64,000 nt of DNA, from contig CM119269.1 in NCBI GenBank assembly GCA_051294375.1, positions 11,944,896-12,008,895 on the forward strand, read 5' to 3'. The notes beneath the pieces were generated by a model. It made no database searches, was not told the DNA's origin, and worked only from the letters and a program-made list of their open reading frames with translations. Below are positions 21,301-35,812 of this stretch, one piece after another. Origin of the DNA: Paraspadella gotoi. Its lineage: Eukaryota; Animalia; Chaetognatha. Made by a program: the position numbers and the translations under genes. How positions within the stretch are numbered: position 1 is the stretch's first letter; every line of letters begins with the position of its first letter.

Positions 21301-24300
21301 TTTTCCGCCAACGATACGCAATATTAGGTCACTCTTGTTTATATCGGCGTGATCTCGTCAAGTTGATTTTTTTTATACACGTAACGTTTCCGTTGCCATC
21401 AAAACGTTATTAGGTCATGTTCTCGACATTGGTTTACCTCGTTGCACGCGCAACGCCACGAAATCCAGGTCAATAAGTTATCTTCACATTTTCTCAAAAA
21501 AAAATCCACGAAAAATCGCAGATGTAAATTTGGGATTTTGTATTGAGAAAGAACCGGAATAAAGGCGATACAACTAAAAGTTTTTAGAAGGAAAGAAATA
21601 ATAAGAATTTTTCAAAAACGGGGTAAAAAACAAAGTGATACACATTTTTTTTTGTAAAAAAAAGAGAGAGAGAGAGAGACGGAGGGAGAGACGGAGGAGA
21701 GAGAGGAAGAGCCACTGAACTCCGTTTTTTTTAAACGATTCAGAAAAGGCCGCGCTGATTAAATATTATATTTTTTTAGAAAGAAAAAAATAATCAGAAT
21801 TTTCAAAAAAACGATCAGCGCAAGAGATCGCCACACAAAGATGAGAACATTGATGAGAAACTGAGATGTCATATGTTACAACATTCAGAAAAGAGCGCTC
21901 TAAAAAATAAAATACTATGGGCAAAGCCGGGTTTGCCTGTGGATGCCAATTGGGCATGGGGGCATGCTCACTGTTTGTTTGGGGGCTTCCGACCTCTCAG
22001 TGACGCATCAGTCACTGGCGCCGTTCCTAAGGACGGTCTCGCCTTTGCACGGGCAGAGGTGAAGGTCGATTGAGAGACTGGATGGAACACTACAGGACTG
22101 GGAGTGTGTTCCCCCTCTGAGCCAATGGATTGGCTGAAAGGCATGGTGGACGTGAGGCGGGTTGTGATATTACCGCACACAGGCCCCCCGGACCCAAGAC
22201 ATCACTCAGGTTCCTAAGCTTGAGAGGTGTCTGACAAGACTGTACATAGTGGAGAGAGAGCAGAGAATAGAGCGACCGAGTTGTGGGGCCGATAGGCGTT
22301 TGTTCGTAGCGTACCCCAGGCAAGGCGTTGTCTAGCTAGGAAGTCGGGGGGGGAACCCCCGCGCCCGTAGGCGCGTTTTCGTAGACGTACCCTGAGAGTT
22401 GCGTGTTTCGATTAGTAGGGCATCACCACTTATCGCACAACTAACGGGGTTTGCACTGTGATGCGCCTGGGATGGGGCATCTACGTTGGCTTGAGGGCTT
22501 CCGACCCTCAGTGACGCCCATCTCAGTCACTGGCGCTGTACCTCTAGACGGTCTCTGCTTTGCCAACGAGAGAGGAAGTCGATGTAGGACACGTGTGGAA
22601 CACAACACTGGGATGGTGTGTCCCACCTCTGAGCCAATGGATTTTGGCTGAACGTGCGTGGAACGTGAGGCGGTGTAAATTTTTTTTTTTTTTTTTTTTA
22701 TTAATACCAAAAACAGTATTGACAAAATCAAAACCAGTATCAGTGTAAAAATAACTAAGATCTATTAAATTGCAAGCAGAATCAAAGACACTAACGTTTA
22801 AAATTGACTCATCAATAAATGTTATGTTTAAATGGCGTCATAAGATAGAATGTTAAGTGGACTAATTCATAAGAAAACTATAGAAATTAACGTTTCAAAA
22901 GAAACTATAAAAATAACGTTCAGAACGTTCAAAATTAAATTTTTAAACCAAAAATCAAGAAACAAAAGACACAAACGTTTAAAATGACCATCAATAAAAT
23001 ATTATGAACTAATTCATAAGAAACTATAAAGAAATACAGAACAAATACAAATACAGAAGCGTTCAGAATTCAATTTTATAACCAAAAATATGAAAAAAGA
23101 CAAAACAAAAAATTAAAGCATAAACGAAAAACAACGTTAATGAAAAACAAGAAAAAATAAAAAATATAAAGCATAAATGAATATAACTAATGTATTTAAA
23201 GTGTAAAGTTACAGGGGCAAAAATAGGAATTTTTTTTTATAAAAAATTTAATTGTTTAATGTAAAAAACAAAAAATGTCTAGTATAAAAGTGTTTAATGC
23301 GTAACGTCAGGTTTTATTTTAATAAAACGTCATTAAAGTAATTTATAATTACAAATGTTTAAGTAAGAAGGGCAGAGGGACCACAATGCTATTTAATAGA
23401 ATAAAAAACTACAATCAATATATATATAATCTACTATATCATACATACACATATACCATACATATATATTAAGCACGCTACAGGGAAACAAAATTCAACA
23501 GAGGAGACACTTATTAAAAACTAAAGACGCTAATAAAAACAAATTAGCAAAAAACGCTAAAAATCGAAATGAGATGCAGCAAAGAGACGCTGAAAAACGA
23601 AAATGAGTATATCACGTATCAACGTATCACGCTATAAAAACAAAGGAAAATAAAAAATAAAGAGACGCCTAATAAAAATAATTGATAATAATAATAAAAC
23701 AGAGCTAATAAACATACCACATAAAAATAAAAATTGGTCGCCACAATACCCAGTTACGAGAATACCTCAATGATTAAATAGTTCAATAGCCCAATTTAAC
23801 GTCCGTTTTATAAGTTTGCCCCACTCTAATATATAATTAAAAAATAAATAAAAGAAAGGCAAAAATGTTACAAATGGTACCAATTGGAAACTTTCCAATT
23901 TTTTCCGAATCGCATGCTTGTAAAAGATTTTATTTTATTTGTATTTAAAATTAAAGATATAGCTTCTCATTAAAAAAATTTCCTTGAGTTTCCCATTTTA
24001 TTAGAAAATTAAAAATTTTTTTTTAATTCATCTTCATATTAATACTCAATATGTAAATTAGCTTAAAGCATTCTAATATCATCATTCTGCATCACTTATA
24101 ATGATGTACTATAATCTCAGTTTGCATATTGCAGTAAATCATAAGAAGTGGAATCAACAGAAATCATCTAAATCCAAATGTAATCAGAAAATATGCAAAG
24201 CTATTTCCAAGTTTGAGAAGCCATATCTAATTTTTTAATCTTACTATGATCGCACACTTTTTGTAAAACTTTAGAAAATTCATAATACATTTTTATTTAA

Positions 24301-24468
24301 AAAAAAAACGGTAAGTGACCAGACAAACTATAAAAGCGCTAGTAGTTTTTTATATACAAAAACAGAGCGGTGACGGACGACGACGACGACGACGACTACG
24401 TCACAAAGAAGCAAACCTAAAACATTATAGAGCCTGAACCGGCTTCGGCCGGTCATGGCTCGATAAAA
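19727..24468 (-). mobile_element. Large composite Helentron-like non-autonomous element (family 3)
   Basis: 5' end at 24468 with hairpin GAGCC..ACCGGC..GCCGGT..GGCTC and (GAC)n. 3' end reads GGCTCGATCTAATGCTTTTAAGATTTTT on the - strand near 19730. Internal ~21-bp TGATGCGATGATAACCAATA array. Mirrored by 28296-35310. Confidence 0.5.
21916..22678 (-). mobile_element. Diverged two-LTR copy of TRIM family A
   Basis: Repeats at about 21916-22181 and 22431-22678 flank an internal region homologous to 40650-40812, with one internal motif duplicated. Confidence 0.8.
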
Positions 24469-25728
24469 TAAAAAATTTACATGCCTTCATTGAAATTTTT
24501 AAAGCAATAAAACTGTTATACCTTTTTACTCTGATTTAAACAAAGCTGTGTAAAGATTTATGGATTTAATTTAATAAAAATTGTTTAGAAAGGTGTCCGA
24601 ATGATTAGGGCTTTAATTCTGATACTCACACCCACCTTGCCTACCTCTTTTCTTTCAAAAGTTATTTAAAAAATTAACTTTTTTTAAACGACGCAGTACA
24701 TATCTTTGTTAAATAAAAATTTTGGCAAAGCGGGAGTATCTCACTTATTTATATTGGTACAATACTTAAATTTCAAAATAAAACTTGAAGAAAATTTTTT
24801 CGTCATTTAAAGACATATCACTTTCAGATGTACTCATCGTATAACAATTTATTTATTTCCCTCAAAAAAGCCTAATTAAAAAAGTAGAAATTTTTTCAAA
24901 TTGTTAAAAAAAAAGTTTATCTGACCTAGGCTCATTGAGAATAATGGTTTTGCATAGAAAATAACAATATACAAAAAAAAATAAAAAAAATCAGCCTTTA
25001 GAAAATTGAAAGGTCTAGAGGCTGATTTTTTTTAAGAATGCAAAATTTTTTCCTAACTCAGAAATCCATTATTCTCAAAGTTCTATAAATATTCTTCCGA
25101 AATCATTCAATCAATTTTTTTTTATTAATTTAAAAATGGTTTTATGATGTTGTTTTTGTCTTTGAAAGAATTAAAAAAAAGTGCAAAAATATAGTAATTA
25201 TTTATAAGGTTTTTGGAAATACCTCCAAATATTAGCATAATCTCAGCACCCAACGGGGAGTAAGCAGAGCAAACTTCCATCTCATAAAAAAAATTGAAAT
25301 GAATTTGTCATATTGTTATTTAGATTAATTGACATACAAACTATGATCTATACAACTTGCAGGAAATGATGGGTAAAAAATATTCATCTTGGTCTCGGTT
25401 AACTATTAAGTTATTGTTAAAGTTTTGTTTAAATAATATTAATATTTTTTTGCATTTATAAAAGCAATGGTCTAAAATTTGCTAAGCGTTTTGAGCTATG
25501 ACCATGCTTCATATTTTTTAATATTTTTGATCTAGTTTAGCTTTTTTGTTGATGGTCGGTACAGGGTTAAGGTCAGACACACTGTAATGTCCAGTAGTAT
25601 ATATCGCCACATATTACCAAAAGTAATAATCAATTAATTTGGCTCAGAAACAATATTAAAGGGACAAAATCAGCACAGAGCAGTAACGCCCACGTTATTT
25701 TTCATTGTGTCAATATACAAATTAGATT

Positions 25729-25972
25729 TTGTGTATAGACTTTCGATTTCCGTTGTTTCGAATTTAGGGAGGAAAACATATAATTTGTTTTGCTTCAACG
25801 AATTTTTTTAGGACATTTTTTTTCGGACATGTTTCGACTCTAGTGTCATTTCAACATTTAAGCTAATTTAATTATTTATTATTCTGTTCATGTATTAGTT
25901 TAACATTCAATTTTAAGTTTGCTAAATTATTTTCATTTTTCATTGTTGTACATTACCAAATGTAAAGAATTT

Positions 25973-26046
<74 letters not shown>

Positions 26047-26157
26047 ATATTCCTGAATTTCAAATTTCAACTGACTTTCTTCTTCCCTGTCCTTGCCTTC
26101 ACTTCTCCTGCACCACCATCCTTTCTCAATTCTTTGTTGAAAAACTCATCCGCTTAC

Positions 26158-26203
<46 letters not shown>

Positions 26204-26353
26204 TCTCTCTAACTAAATGTTAAAAGAGAAGAAATTAAATTGATTGAGTCCAATGCTGATGAAGACTAACTGTAGAGTCGAAACATGTCTGAAAAAAAAA
26301 TGTCCTAAAAAATTCGTTGAAGCAAAGCAAATATATTGTTTTCCTCCCTAAAA
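25729..26353. mobile_element. Penelope-like non-autonomous element with inverted ends and a hammerhead
   Basis: 25755-25843 is inverted relative to 26273-26352. Core CTGATGA-A-GACT(aactgtag)AGTC-GAAA-CATGTC at 26256-26289. TSD AAATTAGATT at 25719-25728 and 26354-26363. Confidence 0.8.
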
Positions 26354-26936
26354 AAATTAGATTATATAATCTATATGCTGATTTGCATAATATAGTGAGT
26401 ACTATATTTTAATTTGCATATTGAAGTACATCATAATGAACTGGAAATTCAAACAAAAAATACTTGAATCAATATGAAACATAAAAATTTCAAAGATATT
26501 TTAAGATGAGAGCCATATCTAAATTTTTAACTTACTATTATTCCACACTTTCATAAACATTCATCGTAATTCATAGTAAAAAAATTGTAAGCCCCAGTCA
26601 AAATTATATAAACCGTAGTAATTTTTTATATGCAGACAATGACGACGACGACGTCACAAAGAAGCTAAGGCGATCCAAAATCAGGCGAGATAATTAGCGA
26701 GCATTTCCCTGATTTTGCACGGGCCATAGAACTCGCGTTAGCCTTGCAATAAAACGTGGCAACATTTTAATGGTCGAAAGCAAGGCAAACAATGGCCGCT
26801 GCAGGTCGGAAACATAAGTAGAGTGGTCAGATGCCCCCGCTCCGGGAATCTCGAGCGTTTCATTAACAATAATGATATGATAGTAAGTCTTATAACAAAA
26901 ATTTTAAAAATAAATTCTTTACAACTCTATATTTAC

Positions 26937-27630
26937 CTTTTGTCGCATCGATGGTGATGTTAAAGACGCTCTTGAAGGCCGGTTCGTCCATGCACGAAAA
27001 CGCTCGTCGCGCCGCCGTCACTTCGAACTGTCACGGCGAGATAGCGAACTCTGCCGTCGCTTTGAGTGTAGCTGCTTCGTAAGAAACCCGTCATGTCGTC
27101 TTTGAGGTGACCGGTGTAGTTGGGAGAGAGAGTGTAGGTGGAATCTGAGGGGGAGGGAGAGGGAGACAGAGAGAATGCAAGAGAGAGCGAGACGTTGAGA
27201 GAGAAGATTAGAGAAAGCCATAAAAAGAAAGATCAGAAATAGATTACAGAAAGATAGAGAAATTAGAAAAATCGACTGATAAAAGAGAGAGAGAGAGAGA
27301 GAGAGACTGCGTTTAGGAATAGTCATTATTTTATTATTTTTATACCCCGCCATGCAACATTCAATTTTCAATTCGTATCTTAATTCTTAATCTTACTCTC
27401 GACCAAATCTTTCGTCGCGTGAAGAATGAAGAATTGACGATCGATATCCAGATCCCAATTTCCGTCGTCCACTCTGTCTCCATCTTCGTCGACGAGAGAG
27501 ACGGAGTCGTTGCAGACGTCGAGATCGTGGATGTGGAGGACGACCTTGGAGGTTGGAACGACGACGAGGAGTTGGAGGCGAAGTGAACCGTCGAAGGTGA
27601 ATCTGGAGGTGTTCGCGTGAAATGTTGATC
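26937..27630 (-). pseudogene. M1 family aminopeptidase N-like fragment (two exons, about 27630-27397 and 27144-26937)
   Basis: RFTFDGSLRLQLLVVVPTSKVVLHIHDL..RQFFILH | YTGHLKDDMTGFLRSSY..RYLAVT/FEVTAARRAFSCMDEPAFKSVFNITI. Frameshift near 27029 in the TQFE motif. No GAMEN/HEXXH exons seen downstream. Confidence 0.75.
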
Positions 27631-29502
27631 CAGTTATTTTCTTTTCCTTTTCTTTTCTCTTTTCTTTTTTCTTCTCTTTTTTCTTTTCTTTTTCTTTTAT
27701 CTTTTCTTTTTTCTTTTATATTTTCTTCTTTTTTTTCTCTTCTTTTTTCTTTTCTCTTCTTTTTTCTTTTCTTTTTTTCTTTTTTTCCCTTTTTTTTCTT
27801 TTCTTTACGTTACTTTACTTTACTTTACTTCTATTTTCTGTTATTTATTTCTTTTATTTTTTTATGTTCAAACTTGATTGATCTCTTCTTTTCTGGTTTT
27901 TTTTTTCAGTTCTTTTCTTTTTTATCTGTTTTTTCTCGTCTTTTTTTCTTTCTTTATTTATTCTTTATTTTTTCTCATTCTCTCTTTCTTTCTCACTTTC
28001 TTTCTCTTTTTTTTTCTTTCCTACTTTTTTTCTCTTGCTATCTCGTTCTCTCTTTTTAGGTAGACATCGTTACACAAATAATACACAGACCTCGTTTAGT
28101 GTCTGACCAGTATTTATTTGTTTGATCATTTGTTATATACAATTATTTGTTTACTCGTAATCTCGGCGAGCTTCATGATCAACTTCAGTTCTTTTACATA
28201 GCTGTAGTCTTGTCGCCCGTTTTCAACCTGAATTTTTACGGGTTTTTGTTGGATAATCATCATTAAATAATAAAACTTTTAATTCTTCAACGCTACTTTT
28301 TATCGAGCCTACCGGCAAAGCCGGTTCAGGCTCCGATATTGATTCGGGTCCAGCTTCTTTGTGACGTCGTCGTCGTGGCGTCATCGTCGTCGCGTCACGC
28401 TTGTTTTTAAAATAAAAACTACTAACGCTTTTATAGGTTTGGCTGTGACTTACCGTTTTTTTTAAATAAAAATTATTATGAATTAATGATAAAGTTTTAC
28501 AAAAGTGTGCATTCATAGTAAGTTAAAAATTTAGATATGGCTTCTCATCTTGAATAGCTTTGATATTTTCTTATTACATTTGGATTTAAGTATTTTTTGT
28601 TTGAATTTCCACTTCATTATGATTTACTGCAATATGCAAATGAGATTATAGTACTCATTATCATATCCAAAATAGTATATAGAAATGCTTTAATCTAATT
28701 TACATATTGCAGTATATAATATTGAAGATGAAATTCAAAAAAATTTTTTTTTTATCTCTAATAAAAATGGGAACTCAAAAATAACTTTTTAATGAGAAGC
28801 TATATCTTAATTTTAATACAAATAAAATAAAATCTTTTACAAGCTGCGATTGGAAAAAATTGGAAAAAATTTCCAATTGTAAACATTGTAACATTTTTTG
28901 CCTTTCTTTTATTTCTTTATTTCTTTTATTCTTTTATTTCAGAAAAAAACGAGTTTTAACATTTTATGCATTAAACACTTTTTATACTAGACATTTTTTT
29001 GTTTTTTAACTTTAAAAACACTTTTTTACTTTTTTCCGGTTTACGATTATAAAAATTATTTTAAAAAAAAATCCTAGTTTTGCCCTTTACTTTAACACAT
29101 TATAATTATACATTTAGGTATATTTCATTTATGCTTTATATTTTTTTCTTTTGTTCTTTTTTCATAATTTTTGTTTTTGTTTTACTTTTTATTAACGTTG
29201 TTTTTCGTTTATGCTTTATATTTTTTGTTTTTGTTTTTGTCTTGAGTCCATTTAAACGTTTGTGTCTTTTGTTTTGGATGTTTTTTTGTTTAAAAAATTT
29301 GAATTTTGAACGTTCTTTGACGTTTAATTTTATAGTTTCTTATGAATTAGTTCATACATTTTATTTATGAGTCAATTTAAACGTTAGTGTCTTTTTTTTT
29401 TTCTGTTGAATTTTAATAGTTTAGTTTTACTTGTTTACTGCTTTCTAGTTTTTTTACACTGATACTGTTTTTTGATTTTGTCAATAACTGTTTTTTGGTA
29501 TA

Positions 29503-29542
<40 letters not shown>

Positions 29543-29764
29543 CAGTTTCCTGCACTGACTGTACAGCGGCCTTCAAGCAGCTGTCCAGCTTTGTCTCTCT
29601 TTCTCTTCTCTTCTCTTTCTGTCTCTTTCTCTCTTTACGATCTTTGCGTGATCGTTCTTTTTTTGAATATGATTATGTTTTTTTTGTTCTAAAAAACTTT
29701 TTATTCGGGGCTTTTTTCTCAATACAAAATCCAAATTTACATCCGAGATTTTCGTGGATACATT

Positions 29765-30719
29765 TTAAAACAAGTTTGAGCAAACAAATGTCGGAATTCT
29801 GCCTACGATAATTTAATTAATTAAATTAATCGATAATTAATTAATTATTATTATTTTAATATGTAATAATAATTTAAATTTAATATTCAACTTAATCATC
29901 ATCGATGTCCTTAAAATTGGGTTAGGACAGTTACTAAAATATGTTTTGTTACTTTTATCAAAACAAAGCAAATATCCCTGCTATTTTTATTTTAGTCTTC
30001 CTTCTCTCTCTCTCTCTCTCTCACTCAACTCTCTCTCTCGTCGGTCTCCTCTCTCTCTCTCTTTTTTTTTTTCTGCAATTGCGACGAATCTTTATGGCTT
30101 TTCAGTTTTTTTTAACTTGGCATCATTTTTTTCACATTAATTCATTAATTAATTTATGTATTAACTTAAAACATTTATTAGTAATCAATTAATATTAAAG
30201 ATTCATGTAAATGTGACTTATGTTTTTTCGCTCTAAACACATTTCCCCCCCTGGCCACAATTTCCGTCAATACTTTATATATTATTATATATTAATAAAT
30301 ATTTAAAAGCTTCAGTGCAACAACACCAATGAATAATTCAAAAAGTTATATTGAAAATCGATTTAGTAAGTAAAAGGAAAAAAAAATTTAAAAGAGAACT
30401 AGAAGTTTAAAAAGTGTTCAATTTTGGGCCCGCCTTACTAGATATTAGGCCTTACTAGATATATTGCAATGTGATTAAACAATGTTATCGAATAATAAAA
30501 TTTTATCAAATTTTATGTATTTTGAAAAGTATTTTAAGTATTTTTATTCCAGTGAGTAAAATAACAACTTTTTTATTCGCTAATTTTTATCTAGGACTCT
30601 CTCTCTTCTAATCTTTCTCTCTCTCACTCTCTCTCCTCTCTCTGCTCTCTCCTCTCTCTCTCTTTGCAATTGCGAACGATCCTTATGCTCATTTTACTGC
30701 TCTCTCTCTGTCTCTATCT

Positions 30720-30752
<33 letters not shown>

Positions 30753-32712
30753 ATCTCTTTGCAATTGCGACGATCCTATGCTTTTAGGATTTTTTTAAAC
30801 TTGTATATTTTTTCTGCTTCAAAGTAAATTGTGACTTTAATGGTTTTTTTCCATTTAAAACCTCATTTCCACTGGCACAATTCCGTCAAAACTTTATATC
30901 TAGCTTTTTTCAAAACAAACAATTTTACCTCACAATTCATCTCAATCTAATTATGGTTAAAATAAGTAAAAGATTCAGTAAATGTTGACTCATATTTTTT
31001 TCACATTTAAACTCATTTCCAGCTCGTACGTTTCCAAACCGAACTATTTAATATCAAAGCATCGATACACATATTTTTCTACCCACACAGGAAATTTGAA
31101 CTCAATTCTATCGCATCCAATTATGAATTAATTAGAGACTTAATTGGTTAAAATAAGTAAAAAAGATTTTAGTAAAATGCGACTTTGTTTTTTTCGCACT
31201 TTAAAACTCAATTTCCACCTCACACGATTCCGTCGAAACGTTATAATCAGCTTAATCAACAACTTTCTACCCACACACAAATTTCATTCAATCCAACCAG
31301 CCATCACGAGTATTGGAGCTTTTTGTAAAGGTGGGACGGATGGACGGATTGAATTGACTGATTAATTAATTATTGATTAATTAATTGACTAATTGGATTA
31401 ATTAACTGATTAATATTTGACTTATTAATACATCCTGCATATACCATTTAATATAAAAAGGAAAAAAGAAGCATAAATCAATTAGTGAAACAGGTTTTTT
31501 TGTTTTTTTCCATTTAAAACTCATTCCACTCAAAAGATTTCCAATCGAAACTTGGTTTCCTGTTAATCACACACTTTTCTACTCACAACAAAATTCCAGG
31601 TCAATAGATAATTAAGTGGGTAATAAGCTATCTTGGTCAACTTGCAATAATTTTAAATCAACTTGCATAATTTGGTCAACTGACATAATTGTTAACTTGA
31701 CATAATTTGGTCTACTGACATAAAATTTGGTCAACTGACATAATTTGGTCAACTGACATAATTTGATCATTAAGATAATTTGGTCAACCGGCATAAATTT
31801 GGTTTTTAACTGGCATAATTTTATCCAACTAGCCTAATTTGGTCAACAGGCAATAATTTGGTACAAACTTGCAAAACTGATTAACTTTGCAGAAATTTTG
31901 GGGTCAACTGGCATAATTTGGTCAATCAATCAATCAATCAAGCAATCAAATCAATCAGAGAGAGCGAGAGAGAGAGAAACTTTAAAAATTCAAAAAAATG
32001 TGTCTTTTGGTTTTCTAATTTTGAAACTCTTTTCCACTCACTACGATTCCATCAAAAAATTTTTATCCCAAACTTTTCATCACATACCTTTCCACCCAAC
32101 ACACAAAATTCAATTCGATTTAATCTATCCAATTTTTAATAAACAAATAATTATGAGTAATTTAATAAAAGAAAAAATACTTCAAAGTAAATATGACTTT
32201 TTGTTTTTTTTTTTCCATTTTAACTTCATTTCCACTCGCACGATCCATCGAAACTTATATCGAGCTCAATCACACACTTCCTACCACCATGACAAAATTT
32301 CAAGTCAATTGCACTATCCACTCAGAGCAAATTGGCGTTCAAATAGTGAAATAATATTTTTTTTTTTTTCCATTAACCAAATTTCCACTCGCACGATTCC
32401 CCTCGAAACTTCATAATCCCATCTCAATCCACAACAGTTTCCGTACCCACACATGATCCCAAAATTTCATATCAATCCATCATCCAATCACGGGTAATTG
32501 AGTTTTTTGCTAAGGTGGGACGGACGGACGGACGGACGGACGGAAGGGGACAGACGGAGGCGACGGACATCAATTTTTTTTGCATAATTTATCATAATTC
32601 GATGTTCTGACATGATATAGTGTGTGCCCGACAATATTGAGCGGGCGGACGACGGACCGAAAAAGTGAGTTATAGAGTCGGTGATTGCTGATAAGCAATG
32701 CCGACAAAAAGT
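29765..32712 (-). mobile_element. Degenerate, expanded family 1 Helentron-like element
   Basis: ACAAGTTTGAGCAAAC end at about 29770, (GGAC)n at 32520, hairpin end at 32675-32710. Many indels. Confidence 0.5.
31630..31925. repeat. Minisatellite, about 19-20 bp unit ATAATTTGGTCAACTGAC
   Basis: More than 10 degenerate tandem units visible. Confidence 0.85.
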
Positions 32713-33718
32713 GAAGAATAACTTATATTGACATGCATTGTCACATGTAAATCAGCTAATGTGACTTATTATATATGCAGCACTTTCGGCGAACAATATG
32801 CATTACATTTAAAAAAAATAAATTTGTATTTATTTATTATTGTAACTTTGAACCGGTTGGCCCACTATTGGCAAATTATATCTAAAATAGGAGTTGATAA
32901 GAGAGATATAGTCAAATTAAACATTACTTTTTTTGTTATTCTGATAATTTATACTATTATTAAATTATAAATATTTTTAGTGTATATATTTAATCATTTT
33001 TATCTTTTTTTAAATAATAATTATTTGAGTTGTGATAACTATTTATAAATTAATTAAATATGCAAATATAAAATTTGACCTCGGTCTGGTTTCTTCCTAA
33101 AAAAAGAACAATCAAAAATTTCATTCAAGATTAAAATTTTTAAAATGAGGAAAAAAAAAATATTTGGAATGTCAAAAATATCATAGTCGTTAACTGAGTA
33201 TTTTTCAACTATATATTTTGTTAATAGGATTATAATTTTTGGATCATTATTATTGAAAAGAGTTTAGCTTTATCAAGTTTTTTTTCTTCTGAATAGGGTA
33301 GCCCCTCTCAATGGGGTGAATCAAAAAATTTAGTATGGGAACATGCTCAAACGAAAATTTATGCATTTTTAAGTTTACTTTCAATGTACAAAAAATTTCT
33401 TATATGGTCTATACCCAAATATTTATTTTTGTAATATTTTTTATAGAAAGGAAAAGAGTTCGTCCTACTCATATTCGTCGGAAAATGAGTTCAGCTCTGC
33501 AGCGGCCGGTCCAGCGGCGGTCCAGCGGCTGTCCAGCTTCTCTCTCTCTCTTTCTTCTCTCTCTCTCTCTCTTTTTTCCTTCTAAAACTTTATTATATCG
33601 CCATTTATTTCCGCGCTTTTTTCTCAATACAAAAATCCCAATTTACATCCGAGATTTTCGTGGATTTTTTTCCCTAAAAATTCTGATTGCGTTTTGTTGG
33701 CGGGGAAAAACTGTCCAG

Positions 33719-33754
<36 letters not shown>

Positions 33755-34844
33755 ACTCATACACGCATTTGTTGTTTTATTTACGATGAATGACTATCAT
33801 CGCATCAATGAATTTTTTTTTTTTTATCATTTTTTTTTTTTTTTTTTTATTAATACCTTATGTTTTAAGAATTTTTATATAAAAACTACTACGCTTTTAT
33901 ACGCTTTTAATTATTATGAATTATGATAAAGTTTTACAAAAGTGTGCGATCATAGTAAGTTAAAAATTTAGATATGGCTTTTCATCTTGAAATAGTTTTG
34001 ATATTTTCTTATTACATTTGGATTTAAGTATTTTTTGTTTGAATTTCCACTTCATTATGATTTACTGCAATATGCAAATGAGATTATAGTACTCATTATA
34101 ATATCCAAATTAGTATATAGAAATGCTTTAATCTAATTTACATATTACAGTATATAATATTGAAGATGAAATTCAAAAACTTTTTTTTAAATCTATAATA
34201 AAAATGGGAAATGAAAGGACCTTTTTAATGAGAAGCTATATCTTAATTTTAATACAAATAAAAATAAAATCTTTTACAAGCTATGATTGGAAAAAATTGT
34301 AAAAATTTCTAATTGTAAACAATTGTAACATTTTTTTCCTTTCTTTTATTTCTTTAAATTATATATTGATTTTTCTTCTTATTTTTGAAGTTTTAAAAAA
34401 GAATCTTATTGGGTAATGTACTGGGTACATTAAATGATGATGGGACTAGAGAGTGGGGAAACTTAATTAAACGGGTTAAAATTGGCTATTGGAACTTATT
34501 TAAACAATGAGGGTATCTCGTATTGGGTATTGAAGTATTGGGTATTGAGGTATTGAGGGACCACATATCTATATCTTTGTTTATTAGCGTCTTGTTTTGT
34601 TATTATTAATATAGGTTTTTGAGTATTTATTAGCGTCTCATTTTATTTTTAGCGTCTCTTTGTTTTAATTAGCGTCTTTTGTTTTTATAAGTGTCTTTCT
34701 AAAAAAAAAAAATTTTTGTCAGTTGCTGCCTTTTCTGAACCTTTTAAAAACGAGTTCAGGCTCTGCAGTGACTGTTCAGCTGCCTTCCAGAGGCTGTCCA
34801 GCTTTCTTTCTCTCTCTGTTTCTGTCTGTCTCTCTCTTTCTCTT

Positions 34845-34880
<36 letters not shown>

Positions 34881-35041
34881 CGATCTCCTGCGTGATCGTT
34901 TTTTAAAAAAAATTGATTATTTTTTTTCTTTTATAAACTTTTCTCAATGCAAAATCCCAAATTTACATCCGAGATTTTCGTGGATTTATTCTCTTTCTTT
35001 CTCTCTCTCTTTCTTTCTTTCTCTCTCTTTCTTTCTCTCTT

Positions 35042-35075
<34 letters not shown>

Positions 35076-35747
35076 ACTCATACACGCATTTGTTTGTTTT
35101 ATTTATGATGAATGATTCATTGCGTCAATGAATGACTATCATCGCATCAATGAATGACCATCATCGTATCAATTATTGGTTATCATTACATCAATATTTG
35201 GTTATCATCGCATCAATCATTTGGTTATCATCGCATCAATCCTTTGGTTATCATCGCATCAATATTTGGTTATCATTGAAGGGAGGCTCTATCTTATTCT
35301 TTTAATATTTTTATTAACCGATTACATCGCCAATTAAATTTTTAATTCAAACATACAAACATCCATGTACATCCATTTCCTGAGTTGATATTTTTTGTTC
35401 CAAATTTTATTAAAATTAAACTATTTTCACATCATTCTATTTGAAGCTGTTAATTTCATCGTAAGTCTTGTCTTGCGGCGGCCGACTTTTATTATTCCAT
35501 TTTCGGAGAGATATTGGAAGATTGAAAAAAAGGTTGGGGTGAGGTGAGCAGTGAATGGTGAGCAGTGAACGGTTAATGGTGAACGGTGAACGGTGAATGA
35601 TAAGGTTGTAGAGTAAATGGTTTCTTTTATTATTTAGTTTCACGTATTCGTGACAGGGTCCAGTTCAAACTATATATTATGTAATTAAGACTTAAGTTTA
35701 AACCTAGAAACAAATACCAAATATTACATCAGACTTTAATCGATAAA

Positions 35748-35812
<65 letters not shown>

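Larger units (their letters stand above)
28296..35310 (+). mobile_element. Composite Helentron-like family 3 copy or copies, interrupted by family 1/2 pieces
   Basis: TTTTTATCGAGCCTACCGGCAAAGCCGGTTCAGGCTC plus (GTC)n at the 5' end. 28296-29540 is the reverse complement of about 22680-24468. 32720-33810 and 35085-35300 mirror 19740-20800. Confidence 0.5.

Noticed and set aside
31630-31925. Short tandem arrays as CRISPR-like
   Set aside because: No unique spacers and a eukaryotic context.
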